A DNA stretch of 64,000 nucleotides, from the NCBI GenBank assembly GCA_965223005.1, contig CBDCVK010000010.1, forward strand, positions 32,001 through 96,000, read 5' to 3'. Source of the stretch: Terriglobia bacterium. GTDB taxonomy: Bacteria; Acidobacteriota; Terriglobia; JAJPHL01; JAPKYU01. Numbering within the stretch: the stretch's first letter is position 1; the number at the start of each line of letters is the position of its first letter. A program made the translations under genes and the position numbers. Shown here in pieces: positions 59,153 through 64,000 of the stretch. The notes beneath the pieces are model-generated. The model saw only the letters and a program-made list of their open reading frames with translations, was not told where the DNA came from and did no database searches.

Positions 59153-59932
59153 GTGAAGAACGGCTATCTCACAACCATCTCCCTCTCGGACGAAGGCCGG
59201 TGGATGAAATGGTCTGTCGCCGTAGTCTGGCTCGCGAGCGGGCTGCTCGTCATGCATCCCTACTACAGGCAGGCCGGCTCGGGTTACCTCGCGCGCCTGG
59301 GCCTCCCTGGATGGGTGATGGGAATTGCGTGTCTTCTGGAAGTGATCCTTGGATTGCGGGTGGCGTTCGGTGCGGCGACCTCCTGGCTGTGGGCTGTGCA
59401 GACGTGCCTAATCGTTGCCTTCACGACGGTTCTCGCGCGGCTCGAGCCTATGCTCCTGCTTCATCCCTTCGGAGTGCTCTCCAAGAACGTCCCGCTTCTC
59501 GCTTTGATCGGAACCAGCTGGCTTCTCGAAAGAGAAGGATGGACGCCTCGCGCCATCTGGCTCCTTCGTGCGGGCATGGCAGCTGTTTGGATCACCGAGG
59601 GACTTTTTCCCAAGATTCTCTTCCAACAGCCCATGGAACTCGCGGTTGTAGCGCGTAGCGGCCTGGTGCCGGGCGATCCGGCCGCCTTCTTGCGTTTCAT
59701 GGGCTTGTGTCAACTGGCGTCGGGGATCGCCGTGCTTGTCTTACGCGGCCGGCCACTTCGATTCATTCTTCGGTGCCAGGTGATTGCCCTCCTCCTTTTG
59801 CCAATCCTTGTTTCCGTCCAGGACCCTCTCCTCTGGGTTCATCCGTTCGCACCTTTAGTCAAGAACATTCCCATCATCGCAGGGACGGCGATTCTGGTGC
59901 GCCGATGCTCGAGGGAGGAGGGTAGCGCGTGA
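59153..59932 (+). CDS. DoxX-like membrane protein with duplicated domain (alternative start 59204)
   Basis: Two copies of VW...GL...P.L..HPF..L.KN.P. Confidence 0.8.
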   Translation: MKNGYLTTISLSDEGRWMKWSVAVVWLASGLLVMHPYYRQAGSGYLARLGLPGWVMGIACLLEVILGLRVAFGAATSWLWAVQTCLIVAFTTVLARLEPMLLLHPFGVLSKNVPLLALIGTSWLLEREGWTPRAIWLLRAGMAAVWITEGLFPKILFQQPMELAVVARSGLVPGDPAAFLRFMGLCQLASGIAVLVLRGRPLRFILRCQVIALLLLPILVSVQDPLLWVHPFAPLVKNIPIIAGTAILVRRCSREEGSA

Positions 59933-61017
59933 GCCAGGTGGTTGTCTTTGGCGGTTATGGTGTCTTCGGTTCGCATGTGGCGTGCGAGCTCGCGCGGCGT
60001 GAGATCAAGGTTGTCATCGCCGGCCGAGACTTGGCCAAAGCAGAATTTCTTGCGCGCAAGCTGGGGCCCAAACATCGCGCTGTATTCGCCGACGTAACGG
60101 ATGCCGAGTCCTGTCGAAGGGCACTGCGAGGGCGCAACGCCGCTGTGAACTGTGCGGGTCCGTTTTCGGCCTTCGGTTCGATTCTCCTCGAGATGTGCCT
60201 GGAAGTGGGCTGCCATTATGCAGACATCTCCGACGACCGCGCTCACTCTGGTTTGGTCCGTAGCTTTGATGGCCGGTTTAAGACTCGCGGCCTGAGCGCC
60301 GTCTACGGGTGCTCCAGTTTACCTGGTATCTCAGGAGCGCTCGCTTTGGTCGCGCAAGACGGCATGACGTCGGCGCCTGCGCGTGCCCGCGTGACCCTTT
60401 TCATCGGAAACGATGACCGAAAAGGGGCTGCGGCAATTCGTTCAGTCGTTCGGGCGCTGGGCCGGCGTATCGATGCCCCAGACGGGACCCTCCGAGGATT
60501 TCGGAATCGGGAAGTCGTAGACCTTCCGGCACCATTCGGTCGGCGTCCTGTCTACAGCTTTGAGAGTCCGGAATACGATCTCTTCCCGAGCCTGCTTGGG
60601 GTACGTGCAGTCTCGGTCAAGGTAGGGTTTGGAGCCCCGATGGCATCCCGGACCTTTGCGCTTCTCGCATACATCTCCTCGGGGTACGGTGACTGGCTGG
60701 CAAGGGCCATTGAACGTCTTGGGCGCCTGCTCTCAGGATACGGACCTTCCGGCGGCGCGGTGGTAACCGACCTGTTTTGGGAGATTGGCGTAGCTCGCCG
60801 GGCCGCGATCTACACTTCGAGCGGAGCTCAGCGGATGGCCGCGCTTCCATGCGTATTTTCCGTCTCCGCTCTTTTAGAGAACCAAGTTTTGCATCGAGGA
60901 GCAATGACGGCATACGAGCTTCTCGGAGCCCAAAAGCTTCTCGAGGGTCTTCTGGCAGAGGGCTACCAGCGAGTGTATACCGGAGGTTCGACAGGGAGTT
61001 CCACTACCGATCTTTGA
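59929..61017 (+). CDS. Saccharopine dehydrogenase NADP-binding family protein
   Basis: GGYGVFG, IAGRD..KA, VNCAGPF, HYADISD, G.SS.PG.S. Confidence 0.85.
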   Translation: MSQVVVFGGYGVFGSHVACELARREIKVVIAGRDLAKAEFLARKLGPKHRAVFADVTDAESCRRALRGRNAAVNCAGPFSAFGSILLEMCLEVGCHYADISDDRAHSGLVRSFDGRFKTRGLSAVYGCSSLPGISGALALVAQDGMTSAPARARVTLFIGNDDRKGAAAIRSVVRALGRRIDAPDGTLRGFRNREVVDLPAPFGRRPVYSFESPEYDLFPSLLGVRAVSVKVGFGAPMASRTFALLAYISSGYGDWLARAIERLGRLLSGYGPSGGAVVTDLFWEIGVARRAAIYTSSGAQRMAALPCVFSVSALLENQVLHRGAMTAYELLGAQKLLEGLLAEGYQRVYTGGSTGSSTTDL

Positions 61018-61945
61018 CTAGCTCCACGCGACGATTGAGGGTGCGCCCCTGGTCAGTGTCGTTGCTGGCTGCCGGGGCAAGGTAGCCCACACCTTCGCTC
61101 CGCAAGCGATTTCGCGCAATACCATAGTCTGCGATGAGTGCGTCGGCGACAGCTCTGGCCCGGCGCTGGGAAAGATCCATGTTGTAGTCGAAACGACCGG
61201 AATTATCGGTGTGCCCGACCACAATGAGCTTCAGCGATGACTGCGAGCCAAGGAGCTTGGCGATCTCGTCCAGCGTCACCTTGGACTCCGGCTTGATGCT
61301 CGCCCGGTCATGCTCGAAATAGATACCGTAAAGCACCACCTTCCCCCTTGCTCCTATGTCGAGCTGCATCTTTTCGGCGTTGATCATCTGCATTTCCATC
61401 GTCTTGGTCTCGGCCGCGATCACGCGCACCCGCTGTCCGTCACCGCCGCTGTGCGGACTGACCAGCACCGACAGATAAATCTCTCCGGCACCCGAACTCT
61501 TCTTTGCAGATAGATAATAAATCTCATTGCCAATCGAGGTCTTATCGAGAATCTCCACCGGGTGCTTGTACTTGAAGTCGTAGGGACGAATGTCGCCCGG
61601 TCCGCCCGAAAAGATCGATTCATAGCCCGCTTCACCGACTCTCGCCTGGAAATTCCGGAACACCTCGAGCGCCGACACGCCCGGAGGCACACGGTATAGA
61701 ATCCGAGTGATTTTGCCCTCGACCCTCCGGGCCGTCTTTTCAGCGTCCCTGGCGGACCGCACCGGCCCCATAGCCAGCACCGTCTTGCCGTAGTTCTCGA
61801 CCTGGTAGGACTTGATGCCCGAATCTGCAAACCGGCCGATGCCCGGGTAGTCCGCACTGCCAGCAACATCTTTGGCGGCGACGCTCGGCGAGACGACAGC
61901 CAGGCAGAGTACCGAGAGAGTGAGGGGATGAGTGATTGCACGCAT
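61004..61945 (-). CDS. OmpA-family protein (DUF4892-like + OmpA_C)
   Basis: Signal peptide, DYP.I.RF, SALEVFRNF, GIYF, VVGHTDN.G..YN.LS..RA, NRRVELV. Confidence 0.9.
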   Translation of the reverse strand: MRAITHPLTLSVLCLAVVSPSVAAKDVAGSADYPGIGRFADSGIKSYQVENYGKTVLAMGPVRSARDAEKTARRVEGKITRILYRVPPGVSALEVFRNFQARVGEAGYESIFSGGPGDIRPYDFKYKHPVEILDKTSIGNEIYYLSAKKSSGAGEIYLSVLVSPHSGGDGQRVRVIAAETKTMEMQMINAEKMQLDIGARGKVVLYGIYFEHDRASIKPESKVTLDEIAKLLGSQSSLKLIVVGHTDNSGRFDYNMDLSQRRARAVADALIADYGIARNRLRSEGVGYLAPAASNDTDQGRTLNRRVELVKDR

Positions 61946-62088
61946 CGTTTCCTCCTGATTTTATGGTGCTCCCGATTTTATGGGGATTGCCGCTTCAGGC
62001 CCCTGTGGAATTCTACGTGACCTGTGCAGACTCCTGGCCGGCCGGGACCTGGGGTGCGCCATCGCGACCGCCCCGGCGGGCTGCCTTT

Positions 62089-62403
62089 CTATGTCGCTAG
62101 CCGATCCAAGTAATCGATCAGCTGCATCTGCTGCTCCTGCAGCACCTCGATGAATTCCACCCCGATGAATTCCACCTCGCCGCCATGTACGTGGTGGCGC
62201 ACTACTGCCGTCATTTCCGTCTCCTCCGATCCGCCCAGCGAGAATCGCATCGTCACTAACGTGCCCACCTGCGGCAGTTCGGTTCCCTTCACCAGCACGC
62301 CCATACGCGATATGTTCACTACCTGGAATTGCTGGGTACGGTCCCCGAATTCGCAACGAACTGGTATTTCGATCGGGAACCGCGGATGGCGCCGCTTTTC
62401 CAT
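62089..62403 (-). CDS. PilZ-domain protein
   Basis: EKRRHPRF and NISRMG motifs; 15-bp duplication gives VEFIGVEFI. Confidence 0.85.
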   Translation of the reverse strand: MEKRRHPRFPIEIPVRCEFGDRTQQFQVVNISRMGVLVKGTELPQVGTLVTMRFSLGGSEETEMTAVVRHHVHGGEVEFIGVEFIEVLQEQQMQLIDYLDRLAT

Positions 62404-62660
62404 GAACCCTACCCGGACTCTCCTACGAGCCAGCGAGAATAAGTGTCTTGATAACGTATACCACAACGAGAGAGTCCCTTACGTTGGGAAAATGATTCTT
62501 GCTCGGTACATGAAGCAGGCCTGACACAAAGTGGCTGGCCTGAAATTCTCGATCGTAGGCGCGAGTCAAAGAACACCACTCACCCTCCAGGCTTGGAACA
62601 TAGGTAAACACTAGCCCGTAGGGGAGACCTCCCCGGCGCTGCTGGTGAAAAGGAGGTAGG

Positions 62661-63524
62661 TCACTTCGGCGGGTTCTTTCCAGCGTGCTTGGCACGGATG
62701 GCCTTGGCGCGGGCCTCCAGTTTGGCGGCCTCGGCCTCCCTGTTCGTCTTCCGTAGAAGCTCAGCGTAGTTGTCGAGGGTCTTGGCTACCTCCAGGCGCT
62801 CCGGCCCCAGGGCCTTCTCGCGAATCGCCAGCGCTCGCCGGAACAGCGGTTCGGCCTCGGCGTACTTGGCCTGGGCGGTGTAAAGCGCTGCCAGGTTGTC
62901 GAGGATTGGAACCACCACTTCCACCACTCGAGGATCCTCCGGCTCCAGCTCCTTCTCGGCGACCCGCTTCTCGACGATCGCCAGCGCCCTCTGCAAGAGC
63001 GGCTCGGCCTCGGCGTACCTTCCCTGGGCGCGGTAGACCGCTCCCATAGCGCTCAGACTGATTGCCAATTGCGGGTCCTCTCCGAACTTTTCCGCCTCCT
63101 TTTCGTCGATCGCCAGCACCCGCCGCAAGAGCGGCTCGGCCTCGGCGTACTTGCCCTGGGCGGTGTAAAGCGCTGCCAGGTTGTCGAGGCTGCTCGTCAC
63201 GTCGGGATGCTCCGGCGGCATGGCCTTCTCGGCGACCGCCAGCGCCCTCCACAAGAGCGGCTCGGCCTCGGCGTACCTATCCTGGGCGCGGTAGACCGTT
63301 CCCAGGGCGCCCAGGTTGACTGCCAAACGCCGGTCCTGCTCTCCGAACTTTTCCGCCTCCTTCAGCGCGGTGAGCAGTTGTTTCTCGGCCGCGGCGTACT
63401 GATCCCGGTCGAAGGCCACCTTAGCGGCGTCCATGTACTTCTTCCAGGCCGTGTCTTGAGCCACGACAAGAGAAGCCAGACACAATATTCCCGGTAGCAG
63501 CCAGCCAGTTTTGGCTTTCGTCAT
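62661..63524 (-). CDS. Exported TPR protein (kinesin-light-chain-type repeats)
   Basis: Signal peptide; four YAEAEPL..RALA repeats with near-identical DNA. Confidence 0.88.
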   Translation of the reverse strand: MTKAKTGWLLPGILCLASLVVAQDTAWKKYMDAAKVAFDRDQYAAAEKQLLTALKEAEKFGEQDRRLAVNLGALGTVYRAQDRYAEAEPLLWRALAVAEKAMPPEHPDVTSSLDNLAALYTAQGKYAEAEPLLRRVLAIDEKEAEKFGEDPQLAISLSAMGAVYRAQGRYAEAEPLLQRALAIVEKRVAEKELEPEDPRVVEVVVPILDNLAALYTAQAKYAEAEPLFRRALAIREKALGPERLEVAKTLDNYAELLRKTNREAEAAKLEARAKAIRAKHAGKNPPK

Positions 63525-63813
63525 CTAGGACTCCTATGGCAAACGGTAGGGCAGCCGATTCTCCCCTTGGGCGAATGATACGCCGATTCGCCAGGCCGGA
63601 CGGCTTCGGTTGTCTTGGTAACGACGCAAGTGATGAGGTTCGCCTTGTTCCAGCCGTGGGCCTTAAATATGGCTGCAAGCCTCTGAGTACAAGACGGTTG
63701 CCTCAGATCCGGTGGATAGGTCCCCACAAGTCGGTTAGCGTTTACCACATAGGCTCCGGAGCCAAGCACCCGGGGCTCCGCCATTTCATTTATGGATAAC
63801 TGGGGAGATTCAA

Positions 63814-63960
63814 ATGCCCACCGAAATTCAGCTTCCGACTTGCTTGATGGACGCTCTGGAGGATCTCTTCCCGACTCTTGAATGGGAGCGGGTGAGTTTC
63901 TTCATCGGCATCAAATTTCCATTCAACATACGTTCGCGAGCTGGTGCCATCGGGTTTTAA
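63814..63960 (+). pseudogene. Short ORF, possibly a truncated gene start
   Basis: GGGGAG SD; MPTEIQLPTCLMDALEDLFPTLEWERVSFFIG...AIGF* (48 aa); family not established. Confidence 0.3.
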
Positions 63961-64000
63961 GGGATTCCGGCAAACATAAGGTTGCTAGAATGGCAGGCAC

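Overview
GC-rich chromosomal window, most likely from an Acidobacteriota genome (inferred from the Mfd N-terminus, a TIGR03437/Soli_cterm-type protein and the asnS-rocF-ddl order). It is mostly housekeeping genes: mfd (cut by the window edge), rfaE2, glmU, pta, ggt, asnS, rocF, ddl, folD, coaE, an HtrA-type protease, mqnD and rodZ. Signalling genes are interspersed: two PilZ proteins, a frameshifted Zn-ribbon/receiver protein, MglA without MglB, a GAF-GGDEF cyclase and a 6TM voltage-gated channel with a CavMr-like TLEGW filter. At 42.2-55.0 kb a surface-glycan locus carries an HprK-like kinase, an NTP_transf_5-type nucleotidyltransferase, a GT-C-like protein, two O-antigen-ligase-family proteins and a stand-alone Soli_cterm protein; this is the best candidate for an undescribed system. 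The 55-64 kb end looks accessory and holds gene remnants. Other signals: a promoter-driven ~200-nt structured RNA candidate near 35.7 kb, an 11-bp motif shared upstream of both PilZ genes, a probably nuclease-dead UvrC paralogue and many 12-17 bp tandem repeats. No rRNA, tRNA, CRISPR array or transposase was recognised. All calls are by-eye motif recognition; no database search was run.
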